From IMG/VR virus record IMGVR_UViG_3300027983_002389: a stretch of DNA of 64,000 bases; one strand, written 5' to 3'. Made by a program: the position numbers and the translations under genes. The notes beneath the pieces were generated by a model. It saw only the letters and a program-made list of their open reading frames with translations, ran no database searches and was not told the DNA's origin. Each line of letters opens with the position of its first letter. The stretch's first letter is position 1. The DNA is from a virus (Duplodnaviria > Caudoviricetes). Positions 28,214 to 37,199 of this stretch are shown piece by piece.

Positions 28214-28774
28214 ATGTTGGATAAACTGCATGAGGCATTGGAGCTATTGCCCTCGATACTCACCAATCGAGAAGCCTGGGACAGCCTTATTGTAAACCGT
28301 AGGAAGCCGTACACCTACAGAGTGTTCACAACTCTGCCAAACGGTCTTCGGCTTTGTCTTCACAAATTCGATCCGTGTCATACACACGAAGCATTTGCTC
28401 ATCCTCATCCGTGGCCTGGGTCATTTGCAATACTTCAGGGCAAATACAAGATGAGTGTTGGGTATTCCTGCAACGGGCGTGAAGATTCCACGCCTGCTGA
28501 AGTGGCAACATTTATTCTTGGCAAGCATTCTTGTTATGAGATCATCAATCCGTTGACATGGCACGCTGTCATTCCACTGGAGCCAACCTACACGGTGATG
28601 GTCAATGGTTCGCCGTGGGATACCGAGACGTTTGCCCACAAGGACGTAAGGACGACCAAGGGAAAAGACTTGGATAAAATGCCTGAGCCGGAGTTGTTTG
28701 AACATTTGGGCATTTTCAAACGGCTTGTGGCTGATTGGCTTGATTCGCAATGTCTGAACACAAGAATCAGTTGA
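28214..28774 (+). CDS. Cupin-like hypothetical protein
   Basis: LCLHKF, HPHPWP, WHAV. Confidence 0.65.
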   Translation: MLDKLHEALELLPSILTNREAWDSLIVNRRKPYTYRVFTTLPNGLRLCLHKFDPCHTHEAFAHPHPWPGSFAILQGKYKMSVGYSCNGREDSTPAEVATFILGKHSCYEIINPLTWHAVIPLEPTYTVMVNGSPWDTETFAHKDVRTTKGKDLDKMPEPELFEHLGIFKRLVADWLDSQCLNTRIS

Positions 28775-28781
28775 GGACAAC

Positions 28782-29306
28782 ATGAGTCTGCCAGTTCTCA
28801 ACGACACAATTGAATGTGATTGCACCAAATGTATTTCGGCTTGCAAAAAGAAGCCGGGTTGGTTCTTGCAAGAAGAAATTAAGCCTGCTGCTGAATTGCT
28901 TGGTTTGACCGAACAGGAATTATTTAATCAATACCTGTCGGTTGATTATTATTATGTCGATCCGAGTTCATTGCTGTTTGTATTGTCCCCAGCAACCCTA
29001 AATACCACGCCAGGAAAAGAGTTCCCATTGGACCCTAGTGGGCAATGTGTCTTCCTTACTGAAGAGGGTAAGTGTTTAATTCATGCTGCCAAGCCGTATG
29101 AATGCAAATCATACGATCACAGAAAGAAAGACGAAGATCGAGACGAAGCATCTGGTCAACATCTAGCCGTTGCTGAGTCTTGGGTTCCTCATAAAGACTA
29201 TATTGCCAATCTATTGAGTCGAGAGCCAGAAGTGGCAACACCGAACCCATTGGAGATGTTGCAATTCTCTTTGACACTCTTTGGCACATTGTTGGGCAAA
29301 ATATGA
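28782..29306 (+). CDS. YkgJ/CxxCxxCC-like zinc- or iron-chelating protein
   Basis: CDCTKCISAC..PGW, CVFL...CLIH..KPYEC. Confidence 0.75.
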   Translation: MSLPVLNDTIECDCTKCISACKKKPGWFLQEEIKPAAELLGLTEQELFNQYLSVDYYYVDPSSLLFVLSPATLNTTPGKEFPLDPSGQCVFLTEEGKCLIHAAKPYECKSYDHRKKDEDRDEASGQHLAVAESWVPHKDYIANLLSREPEVATPNPLEMLQFSLTLFGTLLGKI

Positions 29307-29713
29307 AACTTTCAGAGACTAAGTTTCGAGTAATGTTCAATGAGCATTTGCTCAATTTACTCGAACTTAAAAAAGAACAAATTGCTTGGATCGCTCGTGA
29401 AGCGGCCAATATGATGACCACGGACAAGTGGGAGTCCAATGTCGAAGCCCAATTGATGGACGAAGAGTTGGATTGTTGGAAGCATGATATAGTCACACGA
29501 GACGGTGGCACCATTCTTCTTGAAGGCGTGCCATATCCGAAAGGCTTTTTGGTATTGTGGACGCCAGATCATTTTCAGACGTTACCACAACCAGGAAATC
29601 CTGAAACAAAATACATGGATTTTCCAGATGACTTTGTTGATTTGCTTGACAAGGATCGAAAAGAGCTAGGCGTGTTCAGACTAGGCGAAGGCGTTGATTA
29701 TGGTCGAAAATAA
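29303..29713 (+). CDS. Hypothetical protein
   Basis: ATGA-coupled ORF. Confidence 0.65.
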   Translation: MKLSETKFRVMFNEHLLNLLELKKEQIAWIAREAANMMTTDKWESNVEAQLMDEELDCWKHDIVTRDGGTILLEGVPYPKGFLVLWTPDHFQTLPQPGNPETKYMDFPDDFVDLLDKDRKELGVFRLGEGVDYGRK

Positions 29714-29918
29714 ACCCTGCAAGCCTGATCACAATGGCGAGTGTCTAGTGTGTGATTGCTGGTTGACAGAATGCGCACTAGACAGATTGCGAGTGGGCGA
29801 CTTCAAGTATGAAACCTTGGACGAACTCTTGGCAATGTTCAAGGATCACTTAACAGAAGACGAAGTTCGCAATTTGCGAAATACGGGACAAACAAATGAG
29901 CAAGATCACACTGCATGA
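29700..29918 (+). CDS. Small Cys-rich hypothetical protein
   Basis: CKPDHNGECLVCDCWLTEC. Confidence 0.6.
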   Translation: MVENKPCKPDHNGECLVCDCWLTECALDRLRVGDFKYETLDELLAMFKDHLTEDEVRNLRNTGQTNEQDHTA

Positions 29919-30906
29919 TAAAGTTCGGGGTAATTTCTTGGGTGTCGCTATTGGCGATGCTTTAGGCAAGCCCGTCGAAATGTGCAAGCCTGCATATATC
30001 GCCGATAAATATGGTCGAATCACAGATTACTTGGACTGCTCCAGTCACAAGTATTTTGAGAACGACCACAAAGGCACTACAACCGATGACTGGCAGCTTA
30101 CCAAGGCCGTCGCTCGTGCCATGATTACGACTGGCAAGTTCGATCTGGACGAAATTGCCGTTGAGCATGGCAAGGAATTCGCCATTAGCGTTCGTGGTTG
30201 GGGCGGATCGACGAGAGAGGCCGTGGCTCGTATTGTTGAAGGAATTCACTGGAAGGAAGCTGGCAAGACCACCGAGAAGAATCGTGGCCTGGGCAATGGC
30301 GTTTCCATGAAGGCATCACCAGCAGGGCTTTATATGGCTCTGACAAATCCCAATTGTGATAATCCTCCTTGGGATGAGCATGTTAAAAATATCGTTGATA
30401 TGGCGATCATGACGCACTACACCAGTATTGCTGTGACCAGTGGGTTGGCTCACGCATTTGCCACGTTGAAATGTTTTTGCTCCACTCCTGAAACCTTTGA
30501 TCCTAAAGCCTTTGTGAATATCATTATTGGCGCTTCTCAGTTGGGACGACAGCATTGTCCTGGCACTCTCAATGACGATATGCAGAATCGTTTTGAGCGT
30601 TTGAAGAAGCCATATTCTCCTCAGAGTATTATAGACCCTGAAGAGTTTGGTGGCGGCTCTTGCTATGTTTATGACAGTTTGCCGTTTACATACGCATGGT
30701 TCCTTCGTGATCCTCAAAGCATTGAGAGTCTATACGACTGTGTAAGCGCCGGTGGCGATGCCGATAGCAACGGGTCGATGCTTGCCGGGCTGTTGGGTGC
30801 ATTGCACGGAGCCAGTATTTTTCCTCAGCATTTGGTCGATGGATTGAAGAACAAAGACGAAGTTCTGGAAATCGCCGACCAGTTCTATGCCAAATTCACC
30901 AAATAG
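29896..30906 (+). CDS. ADP-ribosylglycohydrolase (DraG/ARH family)
   Basis: GDALG.PVE, TTDD, GNG..M, TH, GGDADSNGSM.AGLLGA.HG. Confidence 0.92.
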   Translation: MSKITLHDKVRGNFLGVAIGDALGKPVEMCKPAYIADKYGRITDYLDCSSHKYFENDHKGTTTDDWQLTKAVARAMITTGKFDLDEIAVEHGKEFAISVRGWGGSTREAVARIVEGIHWKEAGKTTEKNRGLGNGVSMKASPAGLYMALTNPNCDNPPWDEHVKNIVDMAIMTHYTSIAVTSGLAHAFATLKCFCSTPETFDPKAFVNIIIGASQLGRQHCPGTLNDDMQNRFERLKKPYSPQSIIDPEEFGGGSCYVYDSLPFTYAWFLRDPQSIESLYDCVSAGGDADSNGSMLAGLLGALHGASIFPQHLVDGLKNKDEVLEIADQFYAKFTK

Positions 30907-30982
30907 GTCGAACCAAATGCCAAGATTGCTCTCTATGCCAAATTCACCAAATAGGTCGAACCAAATGCCAAGATTGCTCTCT
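30884..30982 (+). repeat. Exact 48-bp tandem duplication containing a stop codon and two class II elements
   Basis: Period 48; class II elements at 30904 and 30952. Confidence 0.95.
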
Positions 30983-31004
30983 TAGCATTTGTAACGAGTT
31001 GGAC

Positions 31005-31033
31005 TTTACAACCCGACAAAGACGTGGTAGAAT
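31005..31033 (+). promoter_or_regulatory. Sigma-70-type promoter
   Basis: TTTACA-N17-TAGAAT. Confidence 0.8.
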
Positions 31034-31139
31034 CAATCATTCATCGGGAAATGAGATTGTTGGCCCGGCCTCGCAATGAGCGGTAAGGTCCGGTAAATTT
31101 GTCAACTGTTTCGTTCCCACTGCTGGAGTTGTGAATAAA

Positions 31140-32045
31140 ATGGCTGTTTCCAAATCGACGACTGGACGAAACAAGAATGCTGGTGCTGCTGCTAGGGTGT
31201 TGGGCGCACTGGCCGCTCTCGCACCGACCACGGCAAAGCCCAAGGCTGGCAAACCCACGAAATGGGAAATGGAACTTACTCCCGAAGCCCGTGCCGACGC
31301 CGAGCGTTGGGTCAACGGTAAGACGGTGTTGGAACCCGTTGAGAAGCGTGTTGAAAACGCCAAGAATGACTTCATCGAGTATGCTCTCGACGTGATGGCC
31401 GACAAGCTGTTCACGAACAAGACCAAGGCGAGCAACCCGCTCGTGATCTTGAAGAAGGAAGATGGGAAGACTGTCGATCATCAGTTCCAAGTGACGATGA
31501 CCGACAAGTTCAAGTATCGGTTCCCGGACGTGGCAGAAGGCACCGACCCTCGTGACCACTTCGTCGAAGTTTTTCAGAATGTCGGCCTGCATCCGAACGA
31601 TGCTGAGAATCTGGTTGATACCGAACTGGACTTCAACCCGATCACTGGCTTCCGCACGTTGACAGAATTGTTGGAAGGGCGATACGGCGAAGGTCGTGAG
31701 TGGATTGACTCGTCTGCCGAAGACAAGACCGCAGGTGGCAAATTCGCTGCTCTGCTCATGTGGGACGGCACTGGCGATGCCCCGGAAGCCCTTTCTCTCG
31801 AAGAGAAGATGCTGGTTATTCAGAGAAGCCCTGGCTTGACGGTCAAGGCAGGGTTCTACGACCGAGTGGCAACCTATTGCCAGAACAAGGACCAACTGCT
31901 GGGTGTATTCAAGGTGATTCAGCCGATCATCTACCCGGCTTATGCAAAGTTTGCCCTGAACGACACGGAGACGGACAAGACTCGTCGCAAGATCGAAGCT
32001 GCCGCCGACATTCTCGGAACGGTTACGTCCGACAGCGACGAATAA
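31140..32045 (+). CDS. Hypothetical protein
   Basis: Long ORF with codon bias like highly expressed neighbours; start may be GTG 31131. Confidence 0.75.
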   Translation: MAVSKSTTGRNKNAGAAARVLGALAALAPTTAKPKAGKPTKWEMELTPEARADAERWVNGKTVLEPVEKRVENAKNDFIEYALDVMADKLFTNKTKASNPLVILKKEDGKTVDHQFQVTMTDKFKYRFPDVAEGTDPRDHFVEVFQNVGLHPNDAENLVDTELDFNPITGFRTLTELLEGRYGEGREWIDSSAEDKTAGGKFAALLMWDGTGDAPEALSLEEKMLVIQRSPGLTVKAGFYDRVATYCQNKDQLLGVFKVIQPIIYPAYAKFALNDTETDKTRRKIEAAADILGTVTSDSDE

Positions 32046-32078
32046 CGATGTTCGTGTTTTGAGTGAACTGAGTTTAGG

Positions 32079-32118
32079 CCCCCGGTCAAGTGAAATTGAC
32101 CGGGGTTTTTTATTTATT
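32079..32118 (+). terminator. Rho-independent terminator
   Basis: CCCCGGTCAA/TTGACCGGGG followed by TTTTTT. Confidence 0.85.
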
Positions 32119-32245
32119 GCACAAGACATAAATAGGAGAACAATTCAAGTTTATAATTACTGTAGGGGGGCAGACGCCTATGACGGTTAAGAAATGTGCC
32201 TTCCATTGGCGCACAGTGCCAATTAAAACCCTATTGGAGATAATT

Positions 32246-32806
32246 ATGGGCTTATTCAAAAGTCGTAACATATTGCGAATCTCGCCAACAGATCGGCGAG
32301 ACAACTACATCTGTAACAAAATTGCGCCGGGCGAAAACGTCAACATCGAACTTGAAGACGGACCTTATGGTGAACAATTGGTCATTACAGCCAATAAAAG
32401 CCAGGGTCGCAAGGTTCGAGTCTTAACGGAAAGTGGAGTGGTAAATTCTGATGAGTATTTAGTTTTGGTTGATGCCAGCAAAAATCATGTGGCGGTTACG
32501 TTGCCGCCAACTCATGATTACCTGGGTCAACTACACATTGTCTGCGTAGACCCTAGCAATGGTATTGAGCTAATTCCAAATGGCTCAACATCTAACGTCA
32601 TTTTTGATTTAAGCAATGTGACGTTCAATGCTAAGGGAGACGCATTAACCCTAGTCAGTGACCGAGGTAAGTCGCTACCACCTGTGGACCCCGATGAAGA
32701 CCTCTCTGATGTAGCATTGGCTGCATTGAGTGTTGAATTCATCGAGACGATTACGCCGGGAACATGGTATGTGGTTGGGCGATATGCCGCTTTGTGGTAT
32801 GCTTAA
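32246..32806 (+). CDS. Hypothetical protein, possibly virion-associated
   Basis: GGAG RBS; VDAS...VTLP beta-rich motif; CATAAATA box at 32127. Confidence 0.6.
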   Translation: MGLFKSRNILRISPTDRRDNYICNKIAPGENVNIELEDGPYGEQLVITANKSQGRKVRVLTESGVVNSDEYLVLVDASKNHVAVTLPPTHDYLGQLHIVCVDPSNGIELIPNGSTSNVIFDLSNVTFNAKGDALTLVSDRGKSLPPVDPDEDLSDVALAALSVEFIETITPGTWYVVGRYAALWYA

Positions 32807-32808
32807 AA

Positions 32809-33465
32809 ATGAAGTGGTATCCGAAGATGTTCGGGACGTACAGTGAAGATACGCCTTGGGGCGACCATTGTATTGCTTTCAACAAACTCGATGGTTCCAA
32901 TCTCCGATTCGAGTGGAATCGGAAACAAGGTTGGTATAAGTTCGGTACTCGAAACCGAATGTTCGACCGTAGCGACAAAGAATATGGTCATGCTATTGAC
33001 ATATTCTTAAACAAATACGGCGAGGGTTTGTCCAAGGTAATGCAGGACAAATTTGCCAAGGTCGAATCAGCTATTGCTTATGCTGAATACCTGGGTCCAG
33101 TTAGCTTTGGCGGTCTACATGACGCTCTCTATATGCACCAAATTGGGCATCTGGCAGAAGTTGTCTCGAACGATCCTAAAGACGTTGTGTTGTTCGATTT
33201 CAATCCTCACAAACGAGGGTTTCTATCACCTGTTGAATTCGTTAAACACTTCTCTCATTTGCATATCCCCGCAATCATATACGAAGGCAGATTCACGAAA
33301 GAATTTGTGGAAGACATTCGAGCGGGTCAATATCCAGTATACGAAGGCATTGTCGCCAAGGGCGGCGAAGGCCATAAACTCTGGATGAGAAAAGTCAAAA
33401 CAAATGCTTATCTGACTGAAATTCGACGTGTGTTCAGCACTGGCTGGCAAGACCATTGGGAATGA
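32809..33465 (+). CDS. RNA ligase-like nucleotidyltransferase
   Basis: YPK, AFNKLDGSN, AEYLG, LFD, EGIVAK, KVKT. Confidence 0.75.
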   Translation: MKWYPKMFGTYSEDTPWGDHCIAFNKLDGSNLRFEWNRKQGWYKFGTRNRMFDRSDKEYGHAIDIFLNKYGEGLSKVMQDKFAKVESAIAYAEYLGPVSFGGLHDALYMHQIGHLAEVVSNDPKDVVLFDFNPHKRGFLSPVEFVKHFSHLHIPAIIYEGRFTKEFVEDIRAGQYPVYEGIVAKGGEGHKLWMRKVKTNAYLTEIRRVFSTGWQDHWE

Positions 33466-33470
33466 TCGGC

Positions 33471-33499
33471 TTTACAGCACAATTTATTTGTGGTATATT
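33471..33499 (+). promoter_or_regulatory. Sigma-70-type promoter
   Basis: TTTACA-N17-TATATT with TGTGG. Confidence 0.7.
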
Positions 33500-33530
33500 G
33501 TGATTGAGGTTTTTACGAAGGAGATTTGAC

Positions 33531-33792
33531 ATGATTGAAGCAGGGCAACAGTACGTGTTGCGGAACGGGATGATTACTTCGCCCCGAACTCCCTTTTGCC
33601 ATTCTCACCTATGGGCTGGGTGATATGTTCACTGGACTGTTTGCCCTAAAGTGCAACTATGTAAAGTGGCAAGGCTCTTTGGGCAAAGTCCAGTTGTATA
33701 TCCGTCATAATTTGACAGATGAACGATTGAAGCAATTTTTGCTATCCAACTCCGACTACAACATTCAACAGAAGGTGTCAACCTTATCATGA
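33531..33792 (+). pseudogene. Out-of-frame chimera of two gene pieces (probable deletion scar)
   Basis: RBS-led MIEAGQQYVLRNGMITSP stops at 33623; another frame FAILTYGLGDMF...STLS* runs to 33792. Confidence 0.45.
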
Positions 33793-34406
33793 TTGAAACA
33801 GCACTCAGTCAGGCAATAGCTGCGGCAGTGGACTATAAAGCCAAGGCGCAGGTCGTATGGGACCACTATCTTAGTCGTCAATTGCCACCGGCCACGATTG
33901 ATCCTGTTGTTGGTACTCTCGAACCGGACTGGATTCATGGTGGATATGAATTCGTTCATAAGTTTGTTTCTAAAAAGTTGGACGCCTACGGACTTGAATT
34001 GGTCGCTCAAATTATCGCCAGTCATTCTCTCAAAGATGGACAAACTGTACCGGCGTTCCCAGGTCAGCCAAAAAGTCCGATGCGGATTATCCATGATGGT
34101 TGGAAAGCTGGTACGCCGACTTGGATATTCATGGGTCGTGCGTTGACCCCGAAGAGTGTCGTTCATTTAGGTGGTGGTTGGGTCGCAGTGCAGCGAACTA
34201 TTCCTGACGACTTCTATAAGGACATGGACCAGCAAGCCGCTCCTGCAACGTTGTGGATGGCGTATAAGAGGGATAGGCAAATGGGCGTTACAGCTTTGAC
34301 TTCCAATGTCATAGGCCCGGCAATATCATTTAATCAACTTTGGGAAGCCGTGGTTGCCGAACACGGTCCTTTGTATAAGACCGGAGCCAACGAAGAATAC
34401 GCCTAG
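33789..34406 (+). CDS. Hypothetical protein
   Basis: Long ORF on the coding strand. Confidence 0.7.
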   Translation: MIETALSQAIAAAVDYKAKAQVVWDHYLSRQLPPATIDPVVGTLEPDWIHGGYEFVHKFVSKKLDAYGLELVAQIIASHSLKDGQTVPAFPGQPKSPMRIIHDGWKAGTPTWIFMGRALTPKSVVHLGGGWVAVQRTIPDDFYKDMDQQAAPATLWMAYKRDRQMGVTALTSNVIGPAISFNQLWEAVVAEHGPLYKTGANEEYA

Positions 34407-34470
34407 CCGAACCCAGATGGTTTCGGTGCGTCTTTGTCATTATGGTTCATGAGGTTATTTATTCAGATAA

Positions 34471-34499
34471 TTTACAAAGTCATTGATGCGTGGTAGAAT
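34471..34499 (+). promoter_or_regulatory. Sigma-70-type promoter, probably leaderless transcript
   Basis: TTTACA-N17-TAGAAT; ATG at 34506. Confidence 0.8.
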
Positions 34500-34505
34500 C
34501 AGGAC

Positions 34506-35138
34506 ATGATTCAGCATTTGCGACTTTCCGGTGATCTCAAATTTGGACAGTACAAGGGAATATCTTGTGCTGTCCACCTTCAAGTTGACATTCACGAAGA
34601 CGATGAGTGGGCCGAGCCGGACCCCAACTACAATCCAGCCAACTACATCGATGGCGTTCGTGTCACTGGCGAGTTTTATTTTGACACTTCACCACTTGGT
34701 TGGAACGATAAGCATCCGGTTGAACCCAACGCCATTGGTGAATTGTTTGTTCGTGATGGCGAGGAAAGTTCCAAGTTGAATATCCTTGTCACAGAGAAGT
34801 CTGGTGAGTCTGATCTTATTCCAAAGAAACTGAAACGCTATTTTTGGCAGTTCTTCGTTGTCGGTAAGCCCTCTTGGGATAAACTCAAGATATTTCCAGA
34901 GAACTACCGAGGCGCAAACATGAACCGTCTATATGCTTGCACCGACTTTCGAGGTTATTGGCCGGTTGGAGTCGCTTCTGTTATTGTTGCCACCGATAAA
35001 CGTGAGGCTAGACGATTGCTCAATCAGAAACTCGAAGAGGCAGGCATCCCAATTGAAAGTGGCGTCGATTTCAATTTGACTGAAATCAATCTTCAAGATA
35101 AAGGCGCTGTTATCCTCAATAATGGCGACTGGAAATAG
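34506..35138 (+). CDS. Hypothetical protein (possibly two genes fused at ATG 34920)
   Basis: C-terminal MNRLYACTDFRGYWPVGVASVIVA reads like a stand-alone small protein. Confidence 0.65.
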   Translation: MIQHLRLSGDLKFGQYKGISCAVHLQVDIHEDDEWAEPDPNYNPANYIDGVRVTGEFYFDTSPLGWNDKHPVEPNAIGELFVRDGEESSKLNILVTEKSGESDLIPKKLKRYFWQFFVVGKPSWDKLKIFPENYRGANMNRLYACTDFRGYWPVGVASVIVATDKREARRLLNQKLEEAGIPIESGVDFNLTEINLQDKGAVILNNGDWK

Positions 35139-35241
35139 CATGGACCCAAAGGTGCGACCGGCATTTTACGTCATTGTTTTCTTTCTGCCAAGCACAATAA
35201 TACATGGACCACAATAATACACCCGTTCTTTAATCTAAGGA

Positions 35242-35307
35242 ATTCCCAATGAGTAGAGCGGCGAACTCTAAATTTGCTGGTTGTGGGTTCGATTCCCATC
35301 GGGAACG
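35242..35307 (+). pseudogene. Degenerate tRNA with CTA anticodon
   Basis: GCGAA-CTCTAAA-TTTGC and GTGGG-TTCGATT-CCCAT arms intact; 5' D-stem strand missing and acceptor mismatched. Confidence 0.7.
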
Positions 35308-35312
35308 CTTTA

Positions 35313-35383
35313 GCTCCGTTGGTATAGAGGTTGTGCCGGGAACTCTAAATTCCCAGAGGCAGGTTCAAGTCCTGTACGGAGCA
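35313..35383 (+). tRNA. Amber suppressor tRNA (anticodon CUA), no encoded CCA
   Basis: GCTCCGT/ACGGAGC-A acceptor, GTAT/GTGC D stem, GGGAA-CTCTAAA-TTCCC, 4-nt variable loop, GCAGG-TTCAAGT-CCTGT. Confidence 0.88.
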
Positions 35384-35401
35384 TTTTTTCAAGGTGATGA
35401 C

Positions 35402-35773
35402 ATGCAAGTAAATGTAAACGGCAAATCGTTCAATGTTCGTGATGGTGCCAATATCAGCATTACCAATAACGTCTTGTACGTTGATGGTCAAGAATATGTT
35501 GGCGATGGCTACGATTCCAAAGAATTCAAAATCGAGATAACTGGTGGCGTTGCCAATGTCAAAGTCGAGCGTGGAAGCGTAGTTGTTCACGGTGACGCAG
35601 GACCAGTCAATGCTGGTGGTAATGTCACCTGTGGCAACATATTTGGTGGGATTGATGCTGGTGGTAATGTCACCTGTGGCAATGTTGCTAATACAATTGA
35701 TGCTGGTGGCAATATTACCTGTGGCTCGGTCGGTGGCAATGTTGTCGCCGGTGGCAATGTTCATCACCAGTAG
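35402..35773 (+). CDS. Gly-rich beta-helical repeat protein
   Basis: Repeats of AGGNVTCGN; start is ATG 35402, downstream of the tRNAs. Confidence 0.75.
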   Translation: MQVNVNGKSFNVRDGANISITNNVLYVDGQEYVGDGYDSKEFKIEITGGVANVKVERGSVVVHGDAGPVNAGGNVTCGNIFGGIDAGGNVTCGNVANTIDAGGNITCGSVGGNVVAGGNVHHQ

Positions 35774-35784
35774 GAGATTTTCAA

Positions 35785-36117
35785 ATGAGAAACGGAAACG
35801 GGTTCACGCTGATCGAGTTGTTGGTTGTGCTTTGCATAATCGCAGTCCTTGTTTCTCTTGTCATTGGTGCAGTCGGCGGTATCACCGGCAGAACCTTTGA
35901 AGCCGAGGTTACTGACAAGTGGACCGATCTTGATCTTGATGACAACAGGATTTACCGAATTCGGACTGTCTCGCCCCAAGGCGATATTGACACTTGGAAT
36001 TCATATTGGTGTCACGACGACATTCATCAAGGCGTATCGTATCAATTCCAGGCTACTGGCAGTGTGATTCGCAAATCCAACAGACTGGCTTTGCAGCCAG
36101 TGAAAATTCAAAATTAA
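35785..36117 (+). CDS. Prepilin-type N-terminal cleavage/methylation protein
   Basis: MRNGNG-FTLIELLVVLCIIAVLVSL. Confidence 0.85.
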   Translation: MRNGNGFTLIELLVVLCIIAVLVSLVIGAVGGITGRTFEAEVTDKWTDLDLDDNRIYRIRTVSPQGDIDTWNSYWCHDDIHQGVSYQFQATGSVIRKSNRLALQPVKIQN

Positions 36118-36126
36118 GGGTTCACA

Positions 36127-36399
36127 ATGGTTCCAGTTGATGGAGTGGACGGCACGCCTGACCTAAAGATCGACGCTCTTTATGCCTATCTTGCTCAAGG
36201 CAAAGAGGGCGAAGGCGTTATGGGAATGTCTGTTCCCATCAATGGTCAAATGATGATGCTGCCTATGGTTGGAGCAGACATTGATCGGATTAAATCCCTT
36301 CTGCCCCTCGCTACGCAAATTGCTCAGGCAAGCGGAATCACATTTAGAATCTATCGTTTCGACAACAAGGTGGATATCACCGAGGAAATCGAACTCTAA
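36127..36399 (+). CDS. Hypothetical protein
   Basis: Operon-packed ORF. Confidence 0.65.
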   Translation: MVPVDGVDGTPDLKIDALYAYLAQGKEGEGVMGMSVPINGQMMMLPMVGADIDRIKSLLPLATQIAQASGITFRIYRFDNKVDITEEIEL

Positions 36400-36404
36400 A
36401 ATGG

Positions 36405-36433
36405 TTTACAAAAACCTAGTTTCGTGGTAGATT
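36405..36433 (+). promoter_or_regulatory. Sigma-70-type promoter
   Basis: TTTACA-N17-TAGATT. Confidence 0.75.
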
Positions 36434-36449
36434 ACATAGGGAGTACACC

Positions 36450-37196
36450 ATGTACAAGCATAAGCTGTTGATTGCCAATCCGATGATTAACGACCCTGTA
36501 TTTGCAGGGAGCGTTGTGTTTATTTTTGAACACACCAAAAAGGGCGCACAAGGCGTCATTCTCAACTCCAGAGAAGTTGGGAAAGTTGGTTTTGGGCATA
36601 TGAAAGATGTGTTCAATGCGCCACCCGGCAACTTCAATGAAGCCAAAGACATGATCCTCAATGGCAAGTTGCAATCTGTCCCGCTCTATTTAGGTGGACC
36701 GTGCCAGACGCCGGGCGTATTTTTCCTTCATGGATATGAGGAACTTCTCAACATTCACGAAGGACAAGAACAGGGGTCGGAATACGACCTGGGAATTCCA
36801 GCCAGCTTTAATCTTTACGATGAAGATGAACAGCCCGCCTACAAAGATGATATTCCCAGCCCATTCGCCAAGTTGACCGTAACCGAAGGGTTGTATTTTG
36901 GCTCGCCATACACCTTCGGTCACTTGGTTGAAAACGGCAAATTGGACGAAGACAAGTTCAGGTTTTTTACTGGATTATCCGCATGGAGTGCAGGCCAGTT
37001 GGAATATGAAATCCAAAGTGGAGCTTGGACTGTTGCTGAATCGACTCCTGAATTGTTCTTCAATGTCGAAGAGTTGAATAAACTTGCACAATCAGTCGGC
37101 AGTAAACGGCATGAGCCTGAACCTGCGTCAAACCCAAAACCAAAACATCCTTGGCTTCCCGAAACGAAACAAGGGTTCGACCCGTCTTGGAACTAA
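36450..37196 (+). CDS. YqgE/AlgH (DUF179) family protein
   Basis: LLIANP..DPVFAGSVV..EH...GAQGVILN, GGP, RFFTG.SAW..GQLE.EI..GAW. Confidence 0.88.
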   Translation: MYKHKLLIANPMINDPVFAGSVVFIFEHTKKGAQGVILNSREVGKVGFGHMKDVFNAPPGNFNEAKDMILNGKLQSVPLYLGGPCQTPGVFFLHGYEELLNIHEGQEQGSEYDLGIPASFNLYDEDEQPAYKDDIPSPFAKLTVTEGLYFGSPYTFGHLVENGKLDEDKFRFFTGLSAWSAGQLEYEIQSGAWTVAESTPELFFNVEELNKLAQSVGSKRHEPEPASNPKPKHPWLPETKQGFDPSWN

Positions 37197-37199
37197 AAC

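Noticed and set aside
31041-32129. Long antisense ORFs (also 51710..52447, 56160..57191, 7522..8268, 48773..49501)
   Set aside because: Shadows of plus-strand genes that have RBS, promoter and motif support.
35313-35383. tRNA-Pyl
   Set aside because: Canonical TTCAAGT T-loop, GG in the D-loop, 5-bp anticodon stem and A73; no pyl genes in the window.
35249-35401. N-terminal extension of ORF 35249..35773
   Set aside because: It runs through the two tRNA sequences; the RBS-led ATG is at 35402.
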